Source: Selaginella moellendorffii (lineage: Eukaryota > Plantae > Lycopodiophyta). Taken from it: DNA of 64,000 nt. The translations under genes and the position numbers were made by a program. Position 1 is the first letter of the stretch, and every line of letters starts with the position of its first letter. Below the pieces are notes generated by a model. It was not told where the DNA came from. It made no database searches and saw only the letters and a list, made by a program, of their open reading frames with translations. The stretch is taken from contig NW_003314299.1 in the NCBI RefSeq assembly GCF_000143415.4, positions 1,424,316 to 1,488,315 on the forward strand. Direction: 5' to 3'. Of the stretch, positions 49,335 to 59,728 are shown piece after piece.

Positions 49335-49417
49335 AGCATCGCGGATGTAAACAAATTAACGCTTAATCAATGGTGGTTACTGCGCCGTTACTTATGTAAG
49401 CATGGCGCCTGGAGCAG

Positions 49418-50081
49418 GTGCTACTCACGGGCGGTCTTCCGCCTATTGACGCTGGATGCACTGCCGGGGCCGTGTATCGTGCTTGTTACAAGCGTGTCCT
49501 GCTCCAAAACATGAAGTTTTACCAGTGTTTCCCTCGGGATGAAGAGCTCGTCCGGGAGATTGTTTTACACTTGGCAAGTAGCGAGGATGGAGGGGTGAGT
49601 CGATCTTTTCTTGCCATTTATATTTATATAAAGTGTGTGATAGGTGCTTCTTCCATCCCCAAGGAGCTTTCAGTTGCTTGGCTTGACAGGATTGGGATCA
49701 CAGTCTGGCTTTGAAAAGCTTCACTTGAAAAGTCTTTTCCTTCTTTTCTTTATGTTTTTCTTCTTCATTCACTCTAATTTATTTTTTCTTTTATTTCCTT
49801 CAGGTTGGAGCGAGCATGGGATCCTGTTCTTGTACCCGGCATTAGCAAGCAGCTTAGCTACACATTTCTTCGAGCGGTAGGATATTACCAACCTTTTGTC
49901 TCAAACGCTTTTTCTTTTCACACTACTTCATGTATAGTTTGAGAACTGAAATGTACATAAATGTGAACTTGTCAGAGGCGACGGCTGCGTCCATACCAGG
50001 AATAAGGCTGTGGATCACTAACGAGTTCATGCACTCTGGACTCCGCGAAGATGGCTATCATCTCCTTGCGATGCTAAAAGG
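49418..50081 (+). pseudogene. Proline iminopeptidase (alpha/beta hydrolase) 3' fragment with introns
   Basis: VLLTGGLPPI..GCTA..VYRAC, LQ/FQLLGL.GLG..SGFE.LH and IRLWITNEFMHSGLREDG; the 5' exons are absent. Confidence 0.8.
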
Positions 50082-50229
50082 ACTTTCCTTTAACTTTCGA
50101 AATTCCTTTATTGTTTTGTGAGTTCCAGGCCTTTCTAAGCGCTGGGAAGTGAAACGGACGTCGCTGTACCTCTCTCGTTTGCGGGTCAGGGTTAGGGCTC
50201 CACATGGAGGGAGCAATGACGATGATATG

Positions 50230-51220
50230 AAGCGCAGGGTAAGCGTAGCTATGACAATACTTGTTTACTAGTGCTGCTTGATGCTCACAGGTGCTTGAGC
50301 TGCTGCGGAGGTGTGAAAAGTGGAAGAAATTCAAGGAGTTTAGGAAGTACTACTTGACCTCGGTTCCCACCGAGGATGCTGCTGTCGTTGTCCACCCGCT
50401 GGAGGTATGTTGTCTTGAGGCTGTTTAGATGCTCACTCAAGTTTCTGGCCGCCACAGAAGAGCACAACCGCAGAGCAATGGAAGCACGTAATCACGTATA
50501 ACAGGTCAGAGAAATCTCTCCAGTGACACTACGTAATGACATAACGCTTTTGTGCTTGCAGGACTTGTTCCCAGCGCAGCTGCGAAATTCTCTACACACT
50601 TTTACGTTCGGAGTATTTCCCTCCGGAGCACAACAATGGGCGTTACATGATCCTGCATGTATGGAGAGGCGAGCAGCACCCTGATGCAGTATGGCCAAGC
50701 AGCTTTACAAAGCGTGCTCGGAGGAGACGGAACAAAAAGTATCGAGAAGAGTTTCATGCGCGATCATCGTCACCGCCGGTGCAGCTACAGGTTCTTCCAT
50801 TCTCTTCGTTTAAGTTTTCCCTTGACTCATTCCCTTTTGCTCCAGGCCTACTGTGTAGGTGAAGGAAACGACCAAGTTTCATCGTACTTTTCAACTGTAG
50901 CTGCCGAGCCAGAGGTGTGGCCCCGCACTTACGCAGCCTCATATCGCCGATTGTGGGATTTAGTGAGGCAGATTGCAGCGATCGACAAGGAGACGGGAAC
51001 TTGTCCTCGAGAGCTCTTGGAAGAAGCCAGCAAGCTTGAATACCGTTGTTGATGGGGTGACTTTCATCAAATAGATTGTAGCATCATTCTGGTAAGCTTT
51101 TTTGTTGATGCTCGCAAAGGACGAGATGATCAAAGCAGCACTCACCAGAGAAGGTGTTGCAATCTCAAGAGCTCGGCCATGGAAGTTGTTTGCAGAAAGC
51201 TCTTAATGAGCCATAATAAA
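50230..51220 (+). pseudogene. Unidentified multi-exon gene remnant; a condensed copy of its start lies at about 48790-48880
   Basis: CTATGACAATACT, CTCACAGG.GCTTGAG and AAGAAATTCAAGGAGTTTAGGAAGT occur at both sites; in-frame stops. Confidence 0.45.
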
Positions 51221-51231
51221 ACACGTCCTCT

Positions 51232-51753
51232 TCATATTGTAGTTCCTTGCTTGAAAAAACTACAAGTCATCAAGGGACATTGTTTTTTCTTCCACTCTAA
51301 ATACTCATAACACTCACGGACGGATGGTGGGGCTCCTTCGGCATTGAAGTACTCCTCCCAGGATCTCTTCTCCTTGTCAAACATTTCAATCACTTGGACT
51401 TCCATTCGTTTTTCCCGCAACCAACGTCCGATTTGATTTTGGTCCGGGCATTCTTTTCCGCTGGAGTGGTGGACGATTGCAGGGCCGCTACAGCTGCTTG
51501 GTACATTCTGGTAGGCCGTGTACAATGATTCGATGCCTCTCTTGAACAAATCCAGTGGCAAGGAATCCATGGCGGCCACACCTCCCTCGCCGATTGCAAG
51601 TTTGTCCCCGGTTTCAACTTCAATGTTGCCTAACTGGTGTAGCTTGATGGTGGAGGCAGAAATCGTCTTCTTGTTTACCACCATAAACTCTGCGCCTTTA
51701 CCCATGTCCTTGGTGAGTTGTTGAAGCACTTCACTTTCTAATATCATCTTCAA
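51232..51753 (-). CDS. Hypothetical protein / terminal exon of an unknown gene
   Basis: 173-codon ORF with protein-like composition and no ATG start; no recognisable motif. Confidence 0.35.
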   Translation of the reverse strand: MKMILESEVLQQLTKDMGKGAEFMVVNKKTISASTIKLHQLGNIEVETGDKLAIGEGGVAAMDSLPLDLFKRGIESLYTAYQNVPSSCSGPAIVHHSSGKECPDQNQIGRWLREKRMEVQVIEMFDKEKRSWEEYFNAEGAPPSVRECYEYLEWKKKQCPLMTCSFFKQGTTI

Positions 51754-52209
51754 CCTTGCCAGAAGGTCCTCACCATTTGCTACTGCTTCCTTGTGTTATT
51801 TCTGGAGAATCATCCACAAGACAAGCATGGGTATATAACTGTGTCCACTGAAGCTCACAAAGAAGTCACCTCTTGCCCACAACTGCCTGCATTTGTCTTC
51901 ATAATGTGGAGGTTGCTTGCTTGTGTAAATAAAGTATTTGAAAAAATAACAATGTGCTGAAGATACATTATAATTGTCTTTGAGTAATAGAAAATGTAAA
52001 ATACTAACTCAATGTGAACTATGCTGAGAGTCACAAGTCATCAATTCTCTACCAGTATGTTTTAACATTTTGTCACTGCAAGTTTTGGGACTGGATTATC
52101 AGGCACAGCTGATCTACACACACCTCGTCTAGGTTCAGTCAACTTCTTTTTTCCTTCTCAATTTCCTCTCTTGTTTGCAAGACAAGTAGGGGCCTGCTTG
52201 TGGAAGCAA

Positions 52210-52721
52210 CATTGATATTACTGGAGGAATCCTTACTATATTTGGGACGTCTGTTCTTCACGCCCACTGCTGCCCTCATGTTTGGCACCATGTTTTGGGA
52301 TGTTGGCTCAAAGAGGTAGGCAAGCTTTAATCCTGAGCTTTTCACAAAGCTTATGTTTACTTTGCAACCTCATGGGATCTATGTATTCTGCCATGTATTT
52401 CATGGGAGTTTGCAACGTAGTGGAGTTGTTTCAGTAGAGCAAGCTGAGAAAAAGCTGCTGAAATGTATTCAGCTCTCCCCTATGCCTTTGCTCAGGTAAA
52501 GCTATATAGCTTTGGGTATGGTGGCAAGAATCTTACTTGAAAGTGTCGTTGATCATCAAGCTATTCTACACTTTTGTTCAGGCAGTTCCATACGGATGGC
52601 CGCAAAGTTTTTATGGTCCGTTTTCTTTTCCTACTTCCCCCTTCTCTTCTTCACGCTCTACGGGATGATGGCCGTGGCAATCACGCCAAACGAGAGGGTG
52701 GCAATTTCTTCCACTGGATAA
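52210..52721 (+). pseudogene. Second ABCG/PDR transporter fragment (retains introns)
   Basis: YWRNPYY, RLFFT, ALMFGTMFWDVGSKR and AAKFLW..FF...LLFFTLYGMMAVAITPN. Confidence 0.85.
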
Positions 52722-52733
52722 AGACATAACCAC

Positions 52734-52750
52734 CCCTAAACCCTAAACCC
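52734..52750. repeat. Short plant telomere-type tract (CCCTAAA)2CCC
   Basis: Read directly; it sits between the ABCG fragment and the kinase duplicate. Confidence 0.75.
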
Positions 52751-52753
52751 CTC

Positions 52754-53661
52754 GTGTTAAGATGGGTGCTCTGTTATCCCGGCATCAGTGAAGATAACAA
52801 GCCTCTCTACAAGTCCAAGCTTTTCATGCTGCTCAAGTCACTGGTAGGAACTTTGCCGGACAGCTTCTGCTTCATTCCTGGGCTCCAGTGGAAAGATGGC
52901 ATGCACAGGACATTGGCAAATAGCCCCCAAAGGCACTGGAGAGATTGTCAAAGCAAATGGACCTCATCCTTGGAGAAGTTGCAAGTCACGTTTCTCAAAA
53001 GGCACACTATGGAGATGACGAGGACAGGTTTAGCAGCACCAGAGGCTTGCAGGACATCAGCCACAGAGCGGAATACAAAGACGAGGAACGAAAAGAAGTG
53101 GAATTGGCAGAACACATCCAGCCAGCTCCGTGCGTTTCCTCAGCAATACCACTAGTAGCTCCCAAAGTTCCGGCCGCAGCAGAACAGATCTTCAAGCCTT
53201 GGGCTGCGCTGACTGGAATACACATACTCCTTGCGGAAGACACGCTGGTGATCCAAAAGGTTGCGGTGGTTCTTCTCAAGAAACTTGGAGCTACTGTCGT
53301 TGCCGTGGCCAATGGACAGGCCGAAGTGGAGGCTTGGAAGATCAAGTGGTGGTAGACAAAGAGCGCAAGCCATTCAATCTCATTCTCATGGTATGGAGCT
53401 AGATCTTTCTTGTTCTCGCTGATCCTTGAGAAAACTTTTGGTTCCAGATGCCAAGAATGGATGGATATGGTGCCACTAGAGAAATTCGCAAAGCCAAGGA
53501 GGGCAGTGGCAGCCATGTCTCAATAGTGGCACTCACTACTCACATGAAGGAGAGGTGTTTGGAGGTGGGCATAGACGCATACCTCACCAAGCCCATAGGA
53601 TTGTAAGCTCATGGCCACCACCATTTTATCATTGACAAAAAAGAAGATTGTATGGACCTGG
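52754..53661 (+). pseudogene. Duplicated, frameshifted 3' (receiver) part of the histidine kinase
   Basis: [35 protein letters not shown] is identical to the intact gene and the last intron is retained. The phospho-acceptor DCQ codons are deleted and there are several indels. Confidence 0.93.
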
Positions 53662-53674
53662 CCAAAAAATTCAA

Positions 53675-53765
53675 AGTCAATGTAAGTCAAATAATGTCAA
53701 CATAAATCAAGTGAAAGTCAAAGACGTCAATAAAGTCAATGTAAGTCAAATAAAGTCTTAAAGTC
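53675..53765. promoter_or_regulatory. W-box cluster, copy 2, abutting the PPR start codon
   Basis: AGTCAA at 53675, 53685, 53716, 53734 and 53744, with variants at 53695, 53705 and 53725. Confidence 0.55.
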
Positions 53766-53770
53766 TTCTT

Positions 53771-55729
53771 ATGCGCCCAGGAATCTCTAAGATTCTCCAG
53801 GCAGCACAAAGATCCACGCAAACGCTCCAGGAAGCAATAGCGGAGCTAGAGAGCACCACCAATCACACCGATCTCGCAACATACGCTTCCCTGCTGAGAC
53901 GATGCGCCCGCGAGCGAGATCTCCCCAGCGGCTGGCGAATCCACGCCCACATCCTCGCGTCGGGACGGGGCAGCGACGTCTTCCTCTCCAATCTTCTCCT
54001 CCATATGTATGGAAAATGCGGCAGCCTCGCCGATGCGCAGCGGATCTTCGATCTTCAGGCTCAGCGGAGGAACCTCTACTCGTGGACTGCTATGATCGCA
54101 GCAAATGCCCAGTGCGGGCATTGCAAGGAGGCGCTAGTGTTGTTCCATCGCATGAATTGTGAGGGCCTGAGGGTTGCAGGGGTGACGTTCGTGGCCGTGC
54201 TAGGCGCTTGCGCTAAGCTGCGAGATCTCGCGCAGGGCCAGCACGCACACCAACGAATTCTCTCCAGCGGCGGCTTCTCCAGCAACATCGCGGTGGCAAA
54301 TTCGCTGATCACGATGTACGCCAGCTGCGGATTTATAGATCTCGCGAGAGAAGTTTTTGATGGAATGTACATACGAAACGTTGTCTCGTGGAATTCGATG
54401 ATTGTAGCATATACCCAAGCCCGGTATTTTGGAAAGGCGTTGGATTTGTTTGACAAGATCAAAGTGGAGCCGGACAGGGTGACTTTTGTCACTGCGCTTG
54501 GTGCCTGCTCGGATTTTCAGCAGGGAAAAATGATCCACGACAGGATCTTGGCTTTGCAGATCGAGCTTGATGCTGTTCTTGGAACCGCGCTCTTGAATTT
54601 CTACAGCAAGATCGGCCGCTTGAATGAGAGTAGAGATGTCTTTGATGCGATTCAAAGGAAAGATCCTGTCTCATGGTCTGCGATGATCGCCGGATATGCC
54701 CAAAACGGGCATTGCAAGCTGGCAGTGGAGCTCTTTTGGAGGCTCGACCAGGAAGGCATCCATGCAAACCAGGTAACTTTCATCAGCGTGGTTGACGCAT
54801 GCTCCGGCCTGGGAGATCTTCGCCAAGGGAAGGGACTACACGCGAGGATACTCGAGCTGGGCTTTGACAGCCATATCACCGTCAAGAACACGCTGCTCAA
54901 TCTCCACGGCAAGCTCGGCAGCCTCGAGGACGCCGAGAAGGTGTTTCACTCGCGGGAGGAGAAGAATGTGGCGTCCTGGAATGCGATGATCGCCGCGTAT
55001 ACTCGTCACGGGCATGGATCCAAAGCAGCCCAAACGCTGGAGCTCATGGACTTTGAAGGGACAAAGCCGGACGAGGTGACTCTCTCCGGGATCTTCGACG
55101 CTTGCGGTGACATGGGCGATTTAGCGTCGGGGAGGAAGCTCCATATCCGGATCCGGGGAGGAGAGCTCGAGCAGGACGTCACGGTTGCAAACAGTCTTAT
55201 CAACATGTATAGCCGGTGCTGGAGCGTGGTGGAAGCTGAGCTCGTTTTCCATCGGATGACAAAAAGAGATCTTATAAGCTGGAACAGCCTCATTGCAGCA
55301 AATGCCATGCACGGGCATCCAGCTGAGGCTCTCGATCTCTTCCGGGAGCTCAGCCTCGAGGGCTTTGCCGCGGACAACTTCACGTTTACGAGCACGTTGT
55401 TTGCTTGCAGCCATGGTGGCTTTCTCAAGGAGAGCCTGGAGGTGTTTGCGTCCATGGTGGGGGATTACCAGGCGGTGCCATCGCCGCAGCACTATGGGTG
55501 CGTTTTGGATCTGCTTGGGCGGATGGGGAAGCTGGGCGAGGCCGAGGAGTTGATCGGTGACATGCCTTTGGAGCCTGACTCTGTGGCGTGGATGAGCCTC
55601 TTGGGTGCGTGTAGCACTCACTCGGATGCCACCAAAGCTTCTGGACTGGCTGATAGTCTTGTGGAGCTCCAGCCAGAGAAGGCTGCTCACTATGTAGTTT
55701 TTACTAATGTGGCAACCAAGTTTGAATAG
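53771..55729 (+). CDS. PLS-class PPR protein with E domain (no DYW)
   Basis: Intronless 652-aa ORF with P-L-S triplets (NSLITMYASCG, VSWNSMIVAY, PDRVTFVTALGAC), then HYGCVLDLLGR.G and AWMSLLGAC. Confidence 0.93.
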   Translation: MRPGISKILQAAQRSTQTLQEAIAELESTTNHTDLATYASLLRRCARERDLPSGWRIHAHILASGRGSDVFLSNLLLHMYGKCGSLADAQRIFDLQAQRRNLYSWTAMIAANAQCGHCKEALVLFHRMNCEGLRVAGVTFVAVLGACAKLRDLAQGQHAHQRILSSGGFSSNIAVANSLITMYASCGFIDLAREVFDGMYIRNVVSWNSMIVAYTQARYFGKALDLFDKIKVEPDRVTFVTALGACSDFQQGKMIHDRILALQIELDAVLGTALLNFYSKIGRLNESRDVFDAIQRKDPVSWSAMIAGYAQNGHCKLAVELFWRLDQEGIHANQVTFISVVDACSGLGDLRQGKGLHARILELGFDSHITVKNTLLNLHGKLGSLEDAEKVFHSREEKNVASWNAMIAAYTRHGHGSKAAQTLELMDFEGTKPDEVTLSGIFDACGDMGDLASGRKLHIRIRGGELEQDVTVANSLINMYSRCWSVVEAELVFHRMTKRDLISWNSLIAANAMHGHPAEALDLFRELSLEGFAADNFTFTSTLFACSHGGFLKESLEVFASMVGDYQAVPSPQHYGCVLDLLGRMGKLGEAEELIGDMPLEPDSVAWMSLLGACSTHSDATKASGLADSLVELQPEKAAHYVVFTNVATKFE

Positions 55730-56801
55730 CCATTTTCGATTCAACTTGATCCCAGCTCGCAAAGATTGAGAACTTTGACCCTTGGTTATGAAGAAACGTT
55801 CATCTTCCTTCGTTTCTTTCTTACGCTACTTTCTTTCAAGAGCGGCATATCTGGAGAAGCAAGCAAGTAAAGTTCAAACAGTACTCAGTTAGGGACACGA
55901 GATAGATTCAAGTTCAATAGATTCCCTCATGAAGAAAATAACTTTAGGCCCAACTTCACGCCCTGATCGAAATGTTTTTGCGGCGGACAAGGGGAGGTTC
56001 AATGTCAGCCCTGGGATAAGGAATGATCGCTTTGACCTCTGACCTTCTTCCTGGAGAAAGCTCTAGCTTATGATCGTTTGATCAAAGGTCTACACTCTAC
56101 TCATTCATTCTGGCCCTTCCTCAATGGCTTTCTCAGCATCTGCAGGCCGTCGTTGCTGCAATATAAAACGTAGAGAAGTTTCAGAAAGAAATCTCTTTCT
56201 TACGTTATACAGACACCATTCCGATCCACGCCTAGCCAAAGGGAACATGGAACGCCATCTGCATCATAGACATTTTTTTTTATAGCATTACCCTCCAGGA
56301 TTTCCAGCCAAGATTTGAGTTGGAAAAACGTCCAAGGTCCTTCGTGAGGAGCAGATACATTTGTTCCACCTTGCATTCTCTATTGTTATTTCTTTTTAGA
56401 TATTAAAAATGGAATTAAACAGTCCACCAATTCTAGTGAGCAGTATAGTGATATGCATATACCTCCACGAGGAACGTGCTGTATGTATGGTTTTTTAAGC
56501 CGGTAAATCTCCATATGGCATTAGACATAGAAAGTTTCTAGCTTTACCTATCTTATTGTTTTCAAAGTAGACATATGAGAGTTTCTTCCAGGTAATAAAA
56601 TTCTACTCGATCATCTCTCGAAAAGTTTGCTTGGTCTTGCGCACATTCCCTTTATGGGCAAATGCTGACAATATGGTGTTTCATGTTACAATGTTTCGCT
56701 AGTATATCTCTTGCTTTAGAACTAAAGGATCAAACTTCTAAAACGGAAGCATCTTCATGAAGATTCTTAGTAGGGTTTAGGGTTTTCCTGGGTTCTAGCA
56801 G

Positions 56802-58343
56802 ATGGGAAGAAATGCGATGGCGATGGCGCTCGCGAGGCGCTGGATCGCAAATGCGCGCTGCTCGCCATCGATCGGCAGCTCCAGGTACGTGGCGGGGATG
56901 GAATGCAGGGCAATCCCCGCGAGATTTCTCTTCACGGCGGAGGAGCTTGAGCAGCAACCGAGCAGCAGCCACCCGCCGGCGCCAGTGGTCCGGCCCTCGA
57001 TCACCTGGGGCGTGGTGGGCGACAAGAACGCGCAGCGCGACGGCCGCGAGCGAGTGCTGGATTACCTGCGCGGCGAGGGGATCAACACCGACGAGTTTGA
57101 GTCCGTGGAGCTCCCCACCACCGTGGACGTGATGGCCGAGCGCCTGGATTTCCTCAAGAATCTGGGCCTGGAGAAGATCCACATCAACGAGTATCCTCTC
57201 GTGGTGTGCTGCAGCGTCAAGAAGAACATGGTGCCAGTGATCAACTACCTCGAGGCGCTGGGCTTCTCGGCCGCGGATCTCACCAAGCTCCTGCGAAAGT
57301 ATCCCATGGTTCTCCATTCGAGCGTCACGGTGGACATCCAGCCAGTGGTGATCTATCTCATGGGACTGGGAGTTCCAAGATCCATGGTTCCAAGGCCGCT
57401 CGTCAAGTACCCGGACATGCTGGGCTTCCGGCTCGAGGGGACGATGAGCACCTCCATCGCCTACCTGGTTAGCATCGGCGTCCACATCCGCGCCATCGCC
57501 GGGATCGTGCTTGAGTTCCCGGAGATCCTGGGGATGAGAGTCGGCAACAACATCAAGCCCAAGGTGGACTTCCTGTGTGGCCTGGGCATGCCGCGCGAGG
57601 CCGCCGGGAAGATCCTCGAGCACCACATCCAGATCCTCGCGCACGACCTCTCCCGGATGAAGGACAACGCGGCGCTGCTCGAGAGGGCGGGTGTGAGCGG
57701 CGATGGATTCCCCGGGCTGGTGCTGCAAATGCCCACCGTGCTCGTGGATCCGATCGACAAGCTGGTGGAGTCCCTGGCGGACTGGCTGGAGAAGACGCTC
57801 AAGGTCCCGCGGGCGAGCACCGGGAGAGTTCTCGAGAAGTTGCCGCAAGTCCTCTACCTCCATCGCCGCTTCGCGGCGGCGCGCGTGAGTTTCTTCCAGG
57901 CCAGGGGATTCACCACGCAGGAGATCGGCAAGATGGTGGTGCTGTGCCCGCAGATCCTTGTGCTGGATCCCCGATCGATGAGGGAATCGATGGAGTTCTA
58001 CGTGAAGCAGATGAAGCGGAGCATCAAGGAGCTGGTGGAGTTCCCGGCCTTCTTCACGTATGGGCTCGAGGAGAGGATCCGGTTCCGCTACAAGCGCGTG
58101 GCGGAGAAGGGTCTGAGCTTCAGCCTGGCGTGGTTCCTGAATTGCAGCAATGCGGTGTTCCAGCAGAGGATCGCCGGGCCGATCCACGAGGGCGAGAGGG
58201 CCGAGGGATTGTTCTTGATGGGTGGTCCTGTCCGGCAGCTCGCCAAGCCCTCCTCCAGTGACGATGAGCTCGATGGTAGTGACGACGATGACGATGGAGA
58301 TGATCGTTACGATCAAAGAGACGGCAACGATGTTGAATTCTAG
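56802..58343 (+). CDS. mTERF family protein, mTERF4/BSM-like
   Basis: INEYPLVVCCSVKKNM.PV..YL, LGFRLEGTMSTSIAYLVSIGV, FPAFFTYGLEERI and SLAWFLNCS; organellar targeting-like N-terminus. Confidence 0.9.
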   Translation: MGRNAMAMALARRWIANARCSPSIGSSRYVAGMECRAIPARFLFTAEELEQQPSSSHPPAPVVRPSITWGVVGDKNAQRDGRERVLDYLRGEGINTDEFESVELPTTVDVMAERLDFLKNLGLEKIHINEYPLVVCCSVKKNMVPVINYLEALGFSAADLTKLLRKYPMVLHSSVTVDIQPVVIYLMGLGVPRSMVPRPLVKYPDMLGFRLEGTMSTSIAYLVSIGVHIRAIAGIVLEFPEILGMRVGNNIKPKVDFLCGLGMPREAAGKILEHHIQILAHDLSRMKDNAALLERAGVSGDGFPGLVLQMPTVLVDPIDKLVESLADWLEKTLKVPRASTGRVLEKLPQVLYLHRRFAAARVSFFQARGFTTQEIGKMVVLCPQILVLDPRSMRESMEFYVKQMKRSIKELVEFPAFFTYGLEERIRFRYKRVAEKGLSFSLAWFLNCSNAVFQQRIAGPIHEGERAEGLFLMGGPVRQLAKPSSSDDELDGSDDDDDGDDRYDQRDGNDVEF

Positions 58344-58470
58344 AGGCGGAGGATGCGATTCTAGTGATCCTGCGCTCCCCGATGGAAGATGAATCGCTAG
58401 ATGGTGATCTTCCAGTTTGAGTTCGCTGGAGGGAGAGCTACTGTTCTTGGCGCCCAAATTTGAAAATATT

Positions 58471-59592
58471 GATCTAAGAATATTCACGGTTGCTCTTTTC
58501 GATGATGGTTTTCTGCCTTCGACATCTGGTGGAATGCTGATCGGCCTGCAAATGACTAGCACAAGACACAGTCTCTTCGAGAATCATTCGAGATCACATA
58601 CTTCCCCGCTGATTTGCTTTTGCCTCTGTTTGGGACTTTCACGCCTTGATGCCGGAGGAAGCTGTCGAGGGAGAAACTTACTTCACGGAATTCCTTGACT
58701 CCATTCTACTCAAGTTCAAGCAGCGCTTGACAAGATGAGCCTTCAGCAAAACAGGAGAGTTTTCGCAGTTTCCATGTCCCTGGCAGCTGGCTTTGCGAAT
58801 GGGTTCATGATGTTCAGAGTGATCTGCACAAGAGATATTCTCCACGGCTCATCTTAGTTATGGCCAGAATGAGCTTTATTTTTCCTGCGCGAGGTGCGAT
58901 TTGCTTTGAACGTTTTAATGTTCTTTAAGGAGGCAAACAACCAGTCGAGCTCTAAGTTCCCAGGAAGTCGCGCTCAAGGTGGTGGATTATGGTGTAGATG
59001 TTTATGTGAATAAACATAACAAGGAACAACCCCTCTCCCTCTCCACCATATTCATGCTCACACAGGTTCCTCTCCATTGCGAAAGCGAACCCCCAGCAAC
59101 GCATTATCATATAACATCTCCATGATTTGGCACTCGCAGTTGGATGGATGCAGAGTGACAGTAATCTCTCCGTCATTCTGCATAAACGAGAAGTTGATGA
59201 ATAAGATTTCAAAGCCGAACTTCTCACTCACTTCTGGGTAGTCCTTTGTTTTCATATATAACTCCTTGTACATGGCAAACTCTTCCTCCAACCAGCAGTC
59301 TGGACTTTTCTCAGGCCAAATTTCCTCAGGACTAGCATAGTACCGCCAAGAAGCCTGTGCAGATACAGCAATCAGATGAATCTCAAGATTGACTTTTACT
59401 CACATCTTCAAACACTTCAAAGCGGCCTTTGGGTAGCGCCACCCCAGTCCCCAGTGTGGTCTCAGTTGCGTGGGCATCTCTTCAACAGCCCTAATCCATC
59501 CTGTGCATCTCACCAGGAAGAAACAAACTTTGCGGATCTCGACCTTGTCACAGGTCCACTCGCACTCCTAGGGCACTCCTAGCTTTTGGGTC
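58471..59592 (-). pseudogene. Decayed unknown coding sequence flanked by 23-bp direct repeats
   Basis: Stop-interrupted minus-strand frame (EEEFAMYKELYMKTKDYPEV...). Flanks 58448-58470 and 59593-59615 match at 22 of 23 positions. Confidence 0.45.
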
Positions 59593-59728
59593 TGGCGCCC
59601 AATTTTGAAAATATTCTCTAATTGTTTCTTTTTTAGGGCTCTTGGTGAGCGGGAATAATTTTGAAAGCAAAGCCCTTCATCCTAGGGTTTAGCGAGATCG
59701 CTGTCTCAAAGGTAGGGCCTTCAAGGCG

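Noticed and set aside
55730-56750. Possible minus-strand gene remnant
   Set aside because: Splice-like sites are present but no coherent frame or recognisable product.
56730-58562. 610-aa minus-strand ORF
   Set aside because: Antisense shadow of the GC3-rich mTERF gene; no motifs.
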